Shown: one piece after another, positions 63,790-64,000 of the stretch
Layout of the letters: each line of letters begins with the position of its first letter
How positions within the stretch are numbered: position 1 is the first letter of the stretch
Assembly: GCF_006345805.1 (NCBI RefSeq)
Contig: NC_043019.1
Span: 1,426,001-1,490,000, forward strand
Direction: 5' to 3'
Source of the DNA: Octopus sinensis
Lineage: Eukaryota
DNA length: 64,000 nt
The notes under the pieces: generated by a model
Told to the model about the DNA's origin: nothing
The model's database searches: none
What the model saw: the letters and a program-made list of their open reading frames with translations, nothing else
Position numbers and translations under genes: made by a program

Positions 63790-64000
63790 AATGCACCCTT
63801 TTAAAGCCTAGCCAGGCTCATGGGCCTGGTTTCCCGGTTTCTATGGTGCATGTGTTCCCCAGATGGACGGGACGCCAGTCCATCGCAGCGTTACACATTT
63901 TTGTCAGCTGAGTGAACTGGAGCAACGTGAAATGAAGTGTTTTGCTCAAGAACACAACGCGTCGCCCGGTTCAGAAATCGAAACCACAATCTTACGATGA
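63790..64000 (-). mobile_element. SINE sharing the family D CORE-like block but with a different tail; runs off the window edge
   Basis: TTTGCTCAAGAACACAACGCGTCGCCCGG..AATCGAAACC matches 49060-49090; the tail ...GAAACCAGGCCCATGAGCCTGGCTAGGCTTTAAAAGGGTGCA is unlike families C and D. Confidence 0.75.

Overview
This is AT-rich, microsatellite-dense eukaryotic DNA. The repeat inventory points to a coleoid cephalopod, most likely Octopus; that assignment is an inference, not a database result. No complete host protein-coding gene can be supported, and almost all long ORFs in the track are translated microsatellites. The window is a TE graveyard: R4/Dong-like and RTE-like LINE fragments, a decayed mariner plus mariner ends, a Ty3/Gypsy pol fragment, two Penelope-like (PLE) GIY-YIG fragments, MITE/foldback elements, and more than 25 copies of at least four tRNA-headed SINE families. 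The most interesting signal is a set of about 10 minimal type-I hammerhead-ribozyme (HHR)-like motifs with palindromic stem III, concentrated at 52.5-56.1 kb. They include a retrozyme-like 573-nt-period tandem with one HHR per unit (53542-54453), a tRNA-headed SINE-like element with an HHR in its tail (53165-53422), and an HHR with a compensatory U3-A8 core (55664-55707). All folds were done by eye and none has been tested. A few isolated candidate host exons and one promoter-like cluster are reported at low confidence.
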